Below are positions 1-13,200 of a stretch of 64,000 nt of DNA, piece by piece. Source of the stretch: the human T2T-CHM13v2.0 reference genome, Homo sapiens; assembly GCF_009914755.1 (NCBI RefSeq), contig NC_060939.1, one strand, 5' to 3'. The notes beneath the pieces were generated by a model that saw only the letters and a list, made by a program, of their open reading frames with translations, ran no database searches and was not told the origin of the DNA. Every line of letters begins with the position of its first letter. The first letter of the stretch is position 1. The translations under genes were made by a program, and so were the position numbers.

Positions 1-1210
1 CATTCCACTCGTTTCCTTTCCATTCGAGTCCATTCCTCTCCAGTCCATTCCGTTCAATCCATTCCATTCCAGTCCATTCCATTCGAGTCCGTTCCATTCC
101 AGTCCATTCCATTCGAGTCAACTCCATTCCATTCGATGTCTTTCCATAACGATCCATTCCATTCTATTCCTTTCGATTCCATTCCATTCTATTTCATTCC
201 ATTCGATTCCCTTCCATTGGACTCCTTTCCATTCGAGTGCATTCCATTCCTTTCCATTTCTTTCCGTTCTGTACGATTCCTACCGTTCGATTTCATTTTG
301 TTCCAGTCCATTCCTTTCGCGTCCATTCCATTCCATTTCACTCCATTCGATTCCATTCCACTCGATTCCACTTCGTTCCATTTCATTGCATTCCATTCTA
401 TTCAACTCTATTTGCCTTCCATTCCATTCCATTCGATTACATTCCATGCGATTCCATTCGAAATCGAATCAATTACATTGCAATCCATTACTATTGAGTC
501 CGTTTTATTCCAGTCCACTGCATTCTGGTCCATTCCATTTGATTCCATTCCATTCTATTCCATTCTATACAGTTGCATTCCATTGGATTCCATGCTATAT
601 CTATAAATTCAATTCGAGACCATTGCTTTTGAGTCCATTCTATATGATTCCATTCCATTCAAGTCCATTACATTTGGTTCAATTCCATTCCATTCCATTC
701 CCTTCCATTCCATTCCAGTTGATATCAATCCATTCGATTCCATTCCATTCGAGCACATTCCATTCGAGTCCATTCCATTCGATGCCATTCCATTTGATTC
801 TATTCCATTAGTCTCCATTCAATTCCATTAATCTCCATTCCATTCCATTCTACTCCAACTGATTCCATTCCATTCTATTCCTTTCCATTCCATTTCATTC
901 CATTCCATTCCATTTCATTCCATTCCATTCCATTCGTGTCCATTCCACTCCAGTCCATTCCATTCGTGTCCACTCCATTCCAGTCCATTCCATTTGTGTC
1001 CCCTGCATTCCATTACACTCCATTCCATATTATTCCATTACACTCCATTCAATTCTATTACTTTCATTTCCATTCAATTCCATTCCATTTGATTCCATTC
1101 CACTCGGTTTCATTCCATTTGAGTCCACTCCATTCCATTCCATTCCATTCCATTCAGTTCCATTCCATTCTGTTCCATTCCATTCCGTTCCATTGCATTC
1201 CATTCCATTC

Positions 1211-1216
1211 GGTACC
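1211..1216. other. KpnI site (GGTACC), the once-per-unit landmark of the family (first copy)
   Basis: GGTACC at 1211, 3015 and onward, e.g. 17452, 20975 and 22899. Mutated to GGTACA at 19186. A second, degenerate copy (GGTAGC) lies at 21165. Confidence 0.95.
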
Positions 1217-1633
1217 ATTCCATATTGTTCCATTCGATTCCATTCGAATCCATTCCATTCCAGTCCATTCCATTCGATTCCATTCCATTCCTTTCAATTC
1301 CATTCCATTCCATTCCATTCCACTTGATTCCACTCCATTCCCTTCCACTGCATTCCATTCGATTCCATTCCATTGCATTGCATTCCATTCCATTGGACTG
1401 CATTCCATTCGATTCCATTCCATTCGAATCAATTACATAGCAATCCATTACATTCGAGTCTATTCTATTCCGTTCCATTCGATTTCGTTCCAATCCATTC
1501 GATTCCATTCCATTCGATTCCATTCCATACTATTGCATTCCATTCTATTACATTATATTCGAATAAGTTCCATTCAAGACCATTTCTTTTGAGTCCATTC
1601 TATTTGAGTCCATTCCCTTTGATTCCATAACAT

Positions 1634-3437
1634 TTGAGTCCATTCAATTCCATTCCTTTCGTTTGCATTCCATTTGATGCCATTCCATTCAATTCTGTTC
1701 TACTCGACTCCAATACATTCAATTCCATTCCATCCGATTCCATTACATTCTTTTCATTTCTTATCCATTTCAAGCCATTCCACTCCACTCCATTCCACTC
1801 GTTTCCTTTCCATTCGAGTCCATTCCTCTCCAGTCCATTCCGTTCAATCCATTCCATTCCAGTCCATTCCATTCGAGTCCGTTCCATTCCAGTCCATTCC
1901 ATTCGAGTCAATTCCATTCCATTCGATGTCTTTCCATAACGATCCATTCCATTCTATTCCTTTCGATTCCATTCCATTCTATTTCATTCCATTCGATTCC
2001 CTTCCATTGGACTCCTTTCCATTCGAGTGCATTCCATTCCGTTCCATTTCTTTCCGTTCTGTACGATTCCTACCGTTCGATTTCATTTTGTTCCAGTCCA
2101 TTCCTTTCGCGTCCATTCCATTCCATTTCACTCCATTCGATTCCATTCCACTCGATTCCACTTCGTTCCATTTCATTGCATTCCATTCTATTCAACTCTA
2201 TTGCCTTCCATTCCATTCCATTCGATTACATTCCATGCGATTCCATTCGAAATCGAATCAATTACATTGCAATCCATTACTATTGAGTCCGTTTTATTCC
2301 AGTCCACTGCATTCTGGTCCATTCCATTTGATTCCATTCCATTCTATTCCATTCCATACAGTTGCATTCCATTGGATTCCATGCTATATCTATAAATTCA
2401 ATTCGAGACCATTGCTTTTGAGTCCATTCTATATGTTTCCATTCCATTCAAGTCCATTACATTTGGTTCAATTCCATTCCATTCCATTCCCTTCCATTCC
2501 ATTCCAGTTGATATCAATCCATTCGATTCCATTCCATTCGAGCACATTCCATTCGAGTCCATTCCATTCGATGCCATTCCATTTGATTCTATTCCATTAG
2601 TCTCCATTCAATTCCATTAATCTCCATTCCATTCCATTCTACTCCAACTGATTCCATTCCATTCTATTCCTTTCCATTCTATTTCATTCCATTCCATTCC
2701 ATTTCATTCCATTCCATTCCATTCGCTTCCATTCCATTCGTATCCATTCCACTCCAGTCCATTCCATTCGTGTCCATTCCATTCCAGTCCATTCCATTTG
2801 TGTCCACTGCATTCCATTCCACTCCATTCCATGTTATTCCATTACACTCCATTCCATTCTATTACTTTCATTTCCATTCAATTCCATTCCATTTGATTCC
2901 ATTCCACTCGGTTTCATTCCATTTGAATCCACTCCATTCTATTCCATTCCATTCCATTCAGTTCCATTCTATTCTGTTCTATTCCATTCCGTTCCATTGC
3001 ATTCCATTCCATTCGGTACCTTTCCATATTGTTCCATTCGATTCCATTCGAATCCATTCCATTCCAGTCCATTCCATTCGATTCCATTCCATTCCTTTCA
3101 ATTCCATTCCATTCCATTCCATTCCACTTGATTCCACTCCATTCCCTTCCACTGCATTCCATTCGATTCCGTTCCATTGCATTGCGTTCTATTCCATTGG
3201 ACTGCATTCCATTCGATTCCATTCCATTCGAATCAATTACATAGCAATCCATTACATTCGAGTCTATTCTATTCCGTTCCATTCGATTTCATTCCAATCC
3301 ATTCGATTCCATTCCATTCGATTCCATTCCATACTATTGCATTCCATTCGATTACATTATATTCGAATAAGTTCCATTCAAGACCATTTCTTTTGAGTCC
3401 ATTCTATTTGAGTCCATTCCCTTTGATTCCATAACAT
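1634..3437 (+). repeat. Representative unit (U1, 1804 bp)
   Basis: Landmarks in fixed order: TTTCAAGCC, CATAACGATCC, CTGTACGATTCCTACCG, TTTCGCGTCC, GAAATCGAATCAATTACATTGCAATCC, CATACAGTTG, TATATCTATAAATTC, GATATC, GAGCAC, CCAACTG, GGTACC, CATAGCAATCC, GAATAAGTTCC. The same order recurs in every unit apart from local indels. Confidence 0.95.
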
Positions 3438-4269
3438 TTGAGTCCATTCAATTCCATTCCTTTCGTTTCCATTCCATTTGATGCCATTCCATTCAATTCT
3501 GTTCTACTCGACTCCAATACATTCAATTCCATTCCATCCGATTCCATTACATTCTTTTCATTTCTTATCCATTTCAAGCCATTCCACTCCATTCCATTCC
3601 ACTCGTTTCCTTTCCATTCGAGTCCATTCCTCTCCAGTCCATTCCGTTCAATCCATTCCATTCCAGTCCATTCCATTCAAGTCCGTTCCATTCCAGTCCA
3701 TTCCATTCGAGTCAATTCCATCCCATTCGATGTCTTTCCATAACGATCCATTCCATTCTATTCCTTTCGATTCCATTCCATTCTATTTCATTCCATTCGA
3801 TTCCCTTCCATTGGACTCCTTTCCATTCGAGTGCATTCCATTCCGTTCCATTTCTTTCCGTTCTGTACGATTCCTACCGTTCGATTTCATTTTGTTCCAG
3901 TCCATTCCTTTCGCGTCCATTCCATTCCATTTCACTCCATTCGATTCCATTCCACTCGATTCCACTTCGTTCCATTTCATTGCATTCCATTCTATTCAAC
4001 TCTATTGCCTTCCATTCCATTCCATTCGATTACATTCCATGCGATTCCATTCGAAATCGAATCAATTACATTGCAATCCATTACTATTGAGTCCATTTTA
4101 TTCCAGTCCACTGCATTCTGGTCCATTCCATTTGATTCCATTCCATTCTATTCCATTCCATACAGTTGCATTCCATTGGATTCCATTCTATATCTATAAA
4201 TTCAATTCGAGACCATTGCTTTTGAGTCCATTCTATATGATTCCATTCCATTCAAGTCCATTACATTTG

Positions 4270-7200
4270 GTTCAATTCCATTCCATTCCATTCCCTTCCA
4301 TTCCATTCCAGTTGATATCAATCCATTCGATTCCATTCCATTCGAGCACATTCCATTCGAGTCCATTCCATTCGATGCCATTCCATTTGATTCTATTCCA
4401 TTAGTCTCCATTCAATTCCATTAATCTCCATTCCATTCCATTCTACTCCAACTGATTCCATTCCATTCTATTCCTTTCCATTCCATTTCATTCCATTCCA
4501 TTCCATTTCATTCCATTCCATTTCATTCCATTCCATTCCATTCGTGTCCATTCCACTCCAGTCCATTCCATTCGTGTCCATTCCATTCCAGTCCATTCCA
4601 TTTGTGTCCACTGCATTCCATTCCACTCCATTCCATATTATTCCATTACACTCCATTCCATTCTATTACTTTCATTTCCATTCAATTCCATTCCATTTGA
4701 TTCCATTCCACTCGGTTTCATTCCATTTGAGTCCACTCCATTCCATTCCATTCCATTCCATTCAGTTCCATTCCATTCTGTTCCATTCCATTCCGTTCCA
4801 TTACATTCCATTCCATTCGGTACCATTCCATATTGTTCCATTCGATTCCATTCGAATCCATTCCATTCCAGTCCATTCCATTCGATTCCATTCCATTCAT
4901 TTCAATTCCATTCCATTCCATTCCATTACATTCCACTTGATTCCTCTCCATTCCCTTCCACTGCATTCCGTTCGATTCCATTCCATTGCATTGCATTCCA
5001 TTCCATTGGATTGCATTCCATTCGATTCCATTCCATTCGAATCAATTACATAGCAATCCATTACATTCGAGTCTATTCTATTCCGTTCCATTCGATTTCG
5101 TTCCAATCCATTCGATTCCATTCCATTCGATTCCATTCCATACTATTGCATTCCATTCGATTACATTATATTCGAATAAGTTCCATTCAAGACCATTTCT
5201 TTTGAGTCCATTCTATTTGAGTCCATTCCCTTTGATTCCATAACATTTGAGTCCATTCAATTCCATTCCTTTCGTTTCCATTCCATTTGATGCCATTCCA
5301 TTCAATTCTGTTCTACTCGACTCCAATACATTCAATTCCATTCCATCCGATTCCATTACATTCTTTTCATTTCTTATCCATTTCAAGCCATTCCACTCCA
5401 TTCCATTCCACTCGTTTCCTTTCCATTCGAGTCCATTCCTCTCCAGTCCATTCCGTTCAATCCATTCCATTCCAGTCCATTCCATTCGAGTCCGTTCCAT
5501 TCCAGTCCATTCCATTCGGGTCAACTCCATTCCATTCGATGTCTTTCCATAACGATCCATTCCATTCTATTCCTTTCGATTCCATTCCATTCTATTTCAT
5601 TCCATTCGATTCCCTTCCATTGGACTCCTTTATATTCGAGTGCATTCCATTCCGTTCCATTTCTTTCCGTTCTGTACGATTCCTACCGTTCGATTTCATT
5701 TTGTTCCAGTCCATTCCTTTCGCGTCCATTCCATTCCATTTCACTCCATTCGATTCCATTCCACTCGATTCCACTTCGTTCCATTTCATTGCATTCCGTT
5801 CTATTCAACTCTATTGCCTTCCATTCCATTCCATTCGATTACATTCCATGCGATTCCATTCGAAATCGAATCAATTACATTGCAATCCATTACTATTGAG
5901 TCCGTTTTATTCCAGTCCACTGCATTCTGGTCCATTCCATTTGATTCCATTCCATTTTATTCCATTCCATACAGTTGCATTCCATTGGATTCCATGCTAT
6001 ATCTATAAATTCAATTCGAGACCATTGCTTTTGAGTCCATTCTATATGTTTCCATTCCATTCAAGTCCATTACATTTGGTTCAATTCCATTCCATTCCAT
6101 TCCCTTCCATTCCATTCCAGTTGATATCAATCCATTCGATTCCATTCCATTCGAGCACATTCCATTCGAGTCCATTCCATTCGATGCCATTCCATTTGAT
6201 TCTATTCCATTAGTCTCCATTCAATTCCATTAATCTCCATTCCATTCCATTCTACTCCAACTGATTCCATTCCATTCTATTCCTTTCCATTCCATTTCAT
6301 TCCATTCCATTCCATTTCATTCCATTCCATTCCATTCGCTTCCATTCCATTCGTGTCCATTCCACTCCAGTCCATTCCATTCGTGTCCATTCCATTCCAG
6401 TCCATTCCATTTGTGTCCACTGCATTCCATTCCACTCCATTCCATATTATTCCATTACACTCCATTCCATTCTATTACTTTCATTTCCATTCAATTCCAT
6501 TCCATTTGATTCCATTCCACTCGGTTTCATTCCATTTGAATCCACTCCATTCCATTCCATTCCATTCCACTCAGTTCCATTCTATTCTGTTCCATTCCAT
6601 TGCGTTCCATTACATTCCATTCCATTCGGTACCATTCCATATTGTTCCATTCGATTCCATTCGAATCCATTCCATTACAGTCCATTCCATTCGATTCCAT
6701 TCCATTCCTTTCAATTCCATTCCATTCCATTCCATTCCATTCCACTTGATTCCACTCCATTCCCTTCCACTGCATTCCATTCGATTCCATTCCATTGCAT
6801 TGCGTTCCATTCCATTGGACTGCATTCCATTCGATTCCATTCCATTCGAATCAATTACATAGCAATCCATTACATTCGAGTCTATTCTATTCCGTTCCAT
6901 TCGATTTCATTCCAATCCATTCGATTCCATTCCATTCGATTCCATTCCATACTATTGCATTCCATTCGATTACATTATATTCGAATAAGTTCCATTCAAG
7001 ATCATTTCTTTTGAGTCCATTCTATTTGAGTCCATTCCCTTTGATTCCATAACATTTGAGTCCATTCAATTCCATTCCTTTCGTTTCCATTCCATTTGAT
7101 GCCATTCCATTCAATTCTGTTCTACTCGACTCCAATACATTCAATTCCATTCCATCCGATTCCATTACATTCTTTTCATTTCTTATCCATTTCAAGCCAT

Positions 7201-10200
7201 TCCACTCCATTCCATTCCACTCGTTTCCTTTCCATTCGAGTCCATTCCTCTCCAGTCCATTCCGTTCAATCCATTCCATTCCAGTCCATTCCATTCGAGT
7301 CCGTTCCATTCCAGTCCATTCCATTCGAGTCAATTCCATCCCATTCGATGTCTTTCCATAACGATCCATTCCATTCTATTCCTTTCGATTCCATTCCATT
7401 CTATTTCATTCCATTCGATTCCCTTCCATTGGACTCCTTTCCATTCGAGTGCATTCCATTCCGTTCCATTTCTTTCCGTTCTGTACGATTCCTACCGTTC
7501 GATTTCATTTTGTTCCAGTCCATTCCTTTCGCGTCCATTCCATTCCATTTCACTCCATTCGATTCCATTCCACTCGATTCCACTTCGTTCCATTTCATTG
7601 CATTCCATTCTATTCAACTCTATTGCCTTCCATTCCATTCCATTCGATTACATTCCATGCGATTCCATTCGAAATCGAATCAATTACATTGCAATCCATT
7701 ACTATTGAGTTCATTTTATTCCAGTCCACTGCATTCTGGTCCATTCCATTTGATTCCATTCCATTCTATTCCATTCCATACAGTTGCATTCCATTGGATT
7801 CCATTCTATATCTATAAATTCAATTCGAGACCATTGCTTTTGAGTCCATTCTATATGATTCCATTCCATTCAAGTCCATTACATTTGGTTCAATTCCATT
7901 CCATTCCATTCCCTTCCATTCCATTCCAGTTGATATCAATCCATTCGATTCCATTCCATTCGAGCACATTCCATTCGAGTCCATTCCATTCGATGCCATT
8001 CCCTTTGATTCTATTCCATTAGTCTCCATTCAATTCCATTAATCTCCATTCCATTCCATTCTACTCCAACTGATTCCATTCCATTCTATTCCTTTCCATT
8101 CCATTTCATTCCATTCCATTCCATTTCATTCCATTCCATTTCATTCCATTCCATTCCATTCGTGTCCATTCCACTCCAGTCCATTCCATTCGTGTCCATT
8201 CCATTCCAGTCCATTCCATTTGTGTCCACTGCATTCCATTCCACTCCATTCCATATTATTCCATTACACTCCATTCCATTCTATTACTTTCATTTCCATT
8301 CAATTCCATTCCATTTGATTCCATTCCACTCGGTTTCATTCCATTTGAGTCCACTCCATTCCATTCCATTCCATTCCATTCAGTTCCATTCCATTCTGTT
8401 CCATTCCATTCCGTTCCATTACATTCCATTCCATTCGGTACCATTCCATATTGTTCCATTCGATTCCATTCGAATCCATTCCATTCCAGTCCATTCCATT
8501 CGATTCCATTCCATTCATTTCAATTCCATTCCATTCCATTCCATTACATTCCACTTGATTCCTATCCATTCCCTTCCACTGCATTCCGTTCGATTCCATT
8601 CCATTGCATTGCATTCCATTCCATTGGATTGCATTCCATTCGATTCCATTCCATTCGAATCAATTACATAGCAATCCATTACATTCGAGTCTATTCTATT
8701 CCGTTCCATTCGATTTCGTTCCAATCCATTCGATTCCATTCCATTCGATTCCATTCCATACTATTGCATTCCATTCGATTACATTATATTCGAATAAGTT
8801 CCATTCAAGACCATTTCTTTTGAGTCCATTCTATTTGAGTCCATTCCCTTTGATTCCATAACATTTGAGTCCATTCAATTCCATTCCTTTCGTTTCCATT
8901 CCATTTGATGCCATTCCATTCAATTCTGTTCTACTCGACTCCAATACATTCAATTCCATTCCATCCGATTCCATTACATTCTTTTCATTTCTTATCCATT
9001 TCAAGCCATTCCACTCCATTCCATTCCACTCGTTTCCTTTCCATTCGAGTCCATTCCTCTCCAGTCCATTCCGTTCAATCCATTCCATTCCAGTCCATTC
9101 CATTCGAGTCCGTTCCATTCCACTCCATTCCATTAGAGTCAACTCCATTCCATTCGATGTCTTTCCATAACGATCCATTCCATTCTATTCCTTTCGATTC
9201 CATTCCATTCTATTTCATTCCATTCGATTCCCTTCCATTGGACTCCTTTCCATTCGAGTGCATTCCATTCCTTTCCATTTCTTTCCGTTCTGTACGATTC
9301 CTACCGTTCGATTTCATTTTGTTCCAGTCCATTCCTTTCGCGTCCATTCCATTCCATTTCACTCCATTCGATTCCATTCCACTCGATTCCACTTCGTTCC
9401 ATTTCATTGCATTCCATTCTATTCAACTCTATTGCCTTCCATTCCATTCCATTCGATTACATTCCATGCGATTCCATTCGAAATCGAATCAATTACATTG
9501 CAATCCATTACTATTGAGTCCGTTTTATTCCAGTCCACTGCATTCTGGTCCATTCCATTTGATTCCATTCCATTCTATTCCATTCCATACAGTTGCATTC
9601 CATTGGATTCCATGCTATATCTATAAATTCAATTCGAGACCATTGCTTTTGAGTCCATTCTATATGATTCCATTCCATTCAAGTCCATTACATTTCGTTC
9701 AATTCCATTCCATTCCATTCCCTTCCATTCCATTCCAGTTGATATCAATCCATTCGATTCCATTCCATTCGAGCACATTCCATTCGAGTCCATTCCATTC
9801 GATGCCATTCCATTTGATTCTATTCCATTAGTCTCCATTCAATTCCATTAATCTCCATTCCATTCCATTCTACTCCAACTGATTCCATTCCATTCTATTC
9901 CTTTCCATTCCATTTCATTCCATTCCATTCCATTTCATTCCATTCCATTTCATTCCATTCCATTCCATTCGTGTCCATTCCACTCCAGTCCATTCCATTC
10001 GTGTCCATTCCATTCCAGTCCATTCCATTTGTGTCCACTGCATTCCATTCCACTCCATTCCATATTATTCCATTACACTCCATTCCATTCTATTACTTTC
10101 ATTTCCATTCAATTCCATTCCATTTGATTCCATTCCACTCGGTTTCATTCCATTTGAGTCCACTCCATTCCATTCCATTCCATTCCATTCAGTTCCATTC

Positions 10201-13200
10201 CATTCTGTTCCATTCCATTCCGTTCCATTACATTCCATTCCATTCGGTACCATTCCATATTGTTCCATTCGATTCCATTCGAATCCATTCCATTCCAGTC
10301 CATTCCATTCGATTCCATTCCATTCATTTCAATTCCATTCCATTCCATTCCATTACATTCCACTTGATTCCTCTCCATTCCCTTCCACTGCATTCCGTTC
10401 GATTCCATTCCATTGCATTGCATTCCATTCCATTGGATTGCATTCCATTCGATTCCATTCCATTCGAATCAATTACATAGCAATCCATTACATTCGAGTC
10501 TATTCTATTCCGTTCCATTCGATTTCGTTCCAATCCATTCGATTCCATTCCATTCGATTCCATTCCATACTATTGCATTCCATTCGATTACATTATATTC
10601 GAATAAGTTCCATTCAAGACCATTTCTTTTGAGTCCATTCTATTTGAGTCCATTCCCTTTGATTCCATAACATTTGAGTCCATTCAATTCCATTCCTTTC
10701 GTTTCCATTCCATTTGATGCCATTCCATTCAATTCTGTTCTACTCGACTCCAATACATTCAATTCCATTCCATCCGATTCCATTACATTCTTTTCATTTC
10801 TTATCCATTTCAAGCCATTCCACTCCATTCCATTCCACTCGTTTCCTTTCCATTCGAGTCCATTCCTCTCCAGTCCATTCCGTTCAATCCATTCCATTCC
10901 AGTCCATTCCATTCGAGTCCGTTCCATTCCAGTCCATTCCATTCGGGTCAACTCCATTCCATTCGATGTCTTTCCATAACGATCCATTCCATTCTATTCC
11001 TTTCGATTCCATTCCATTCTATTTCATTCCATTCGATTCCCTTCCATTGGACTCCTTTATATTCGAGTGCATTCCATTCCGTTCCATTTCTTTCCGTTCT
11101 GTACGATTCCTACCGTTCGATTTCATTTTGTTCCAGTCCATTCCTTTCGCGTCCATTCCATTCCATTTCACTCCATTCGATTCCATTCCACTCGATTCCA
11201 CTTCGTTCCATTTCATTGCATTCCGTTCTATTCAACTCTATTGCCTTCCATTCCATTCCATTCGATTACATTCCATGCGATTCCATTCGAAATCGAATCA
11301 ATTACATTGCAATCCATTACTATTGAGTCCGTTTTATTCCAGTCCACTGCATTCTGGTCCATTCCATTTGATTCCATTCCATTTTATTCCATTCCATACA
11401 GTTGCATTCCATTGGATTCCATGCTATATCTATAAATTCAATTCGAGACCATTGCTTTTGAGTCCATTCTATATGTTTCCATTCCATTCAAGTCCATTAC
11501 ATTTGGTTCAATTCCATTCCATTCCATTCCCTTCCATTCCATTCCAGTTGATATCAATCCATTCGATTCCATTCCATTCGAGCACATTCCATTCGAGTCC
11601 ATTCCATTCGATGCCATTCCATTTGATTCTATTCCATTAGTCTCCATTCAATTCCATTAATCTCCATTCCATTCCATTCTACTCCAACTGATTCCATTCC
11701 ATTCTATTCCTTTCCATTCCATTTCATTCCATTCCATTCCATTTCATTCCATTCCATTCCATTCGCTTCCATTCCATTCGTGTCCATTCCACTCCAGTCC
11801 ATTCCATTCGTGTCCATTCCATTCCAGTCCATTCCATTTGTGTCCACTGCATTCCATTCCACTCCATTCCATATTATTCCATTACACTCCATTCCATTCT
11901 ATTACTTTCATTTCCATTCAATTCCATTCCATTTGATTCCATTCCACTCGGTTTCATTCCATTTGAATCCACTCCATTCCATTCCATTCCATTCCACTCA
12001 GTTCCATTCTATTCTGTTCCATTCCATTGCGTTCCATTACATTCCATTCCATTCGGTACCATTCCATATTGTTCCATTCGATTCCATTCGAATCCATTCC
12101 ATTACAGTCCATTCCATTCGATTCCATTCCATTCCTTTCAATTCCATTCCATTCCATTCCATTCCATTCCACTTGATTCCACTCCATTCCCTTCCACTGC
12201 ATTCCATTCGATTCCATTCCATTGCATTGCGTTCCATTCCATTGGACTGCATTCCATTCGATTCCATTCCATTCGAATCAATTACATAGCAATCCATTAC
12301 ATTCGAGTCTATTCTATTCCGTTCCATTCGATTTCATTCCAATCCATTCGATTCCATTCCATTCGATTCCATTCCATACTATTGCATTCCATTCGATTAC
12401 ATTATATTCGAATAAGTTCCATTCAAGATCATTTCTTTTGAGTCCATTCTATTTGAGTCCATTCCCTTTGATTCCATAACATTTGAGTCCATTCAATTCC
12501 ATTCCTTTCGTTTCCATTCCATTTGATGCCATTCCATTCAATTCTGTTCTACTCGACTCCAATACATTCAATTCCATTCCATCCGATTCCATTACATTCT
12601 TTTCATTTCTTATCCATTTCAAGCCATTCCACTCCATTCCATTCCACTCGTTTCCTTTCCATTCGAGTCCATTCCTCTCCAGTCCATTCCGTTCAATCCA
12701 TTCCATTCCAGTCCATTCCATTCGAGTCCGTTCCATTCCAGTCCATTCCATTCGAGTCAATTCCATCCCATTCGATGTCTTTCCATAACGATCCATTCCA
12801 TTCTATTCCTTTCGATTCCATTCCATTCTATTTCATTCCATTCGATTCCCTTCCATTGGACTCCTTTCCATTCGAGTGCATTCCATTCCGTTCCATTTCT
12901 TTCCGTTCTGTACGATTCCTACCGTTCGATTTCATTTTGTTCCAGTCCATTCCTTTCGCGTCCATTCCATTCCATTTCACTCCATTCGATTCCATTCCAC
13001 TCGATTCCACTTCGTTCCATTTCATTGCATTCCATTCTATTCAACTCTATTGCCTTCCATTCCATTCCATTCGATTACATTCCATGCGATTCCATTCGAA
13101 ATCGAATCAATTACATTGCAATCCATTACTATTGAGTTCATTTTATTCCAGTCCACTGCATTCTGGTCCATTCCATTTGATTCCATTCCATTCTATTCCA

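Noticed and set aside
455-472. Heat-shock element at TTCGAAATCGAA or TTCGAATAAGTTC
   Set aside because: The spacing does not fit the inverted nGAAnnTTCn arrangement, so no canonical HSE can be called here.
595-610. TATA-like TATATCTATAAAT once per unit
   Set aside because: It is an isolated AT-rich motif facing the C-rich strand with no other promoter evidence, and it is mutated to TTTAAA in U15 and U17. It is not supportable as a promoter.
1600-1947. Minus-strand MEWNG-repeat ORFs
   Set aside because: They are the direct translation of (GGAAT)n, which supplies an ATG every 5 bp, and they overlap in several frames. There is no evidence of coding function.
1674-2600. Recurring 308 aa ORF and all other + strand FHSIP-repeat ORFs
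   Set aside because: (CATTC)n has no stop codon in any frame and translates to HSIPF repeats. Starts are mostly TTG or GTG. The frame is broken freely by stops and 1 bp indels (U0, U17-U20, U25, U28), and no domain is recognisable.
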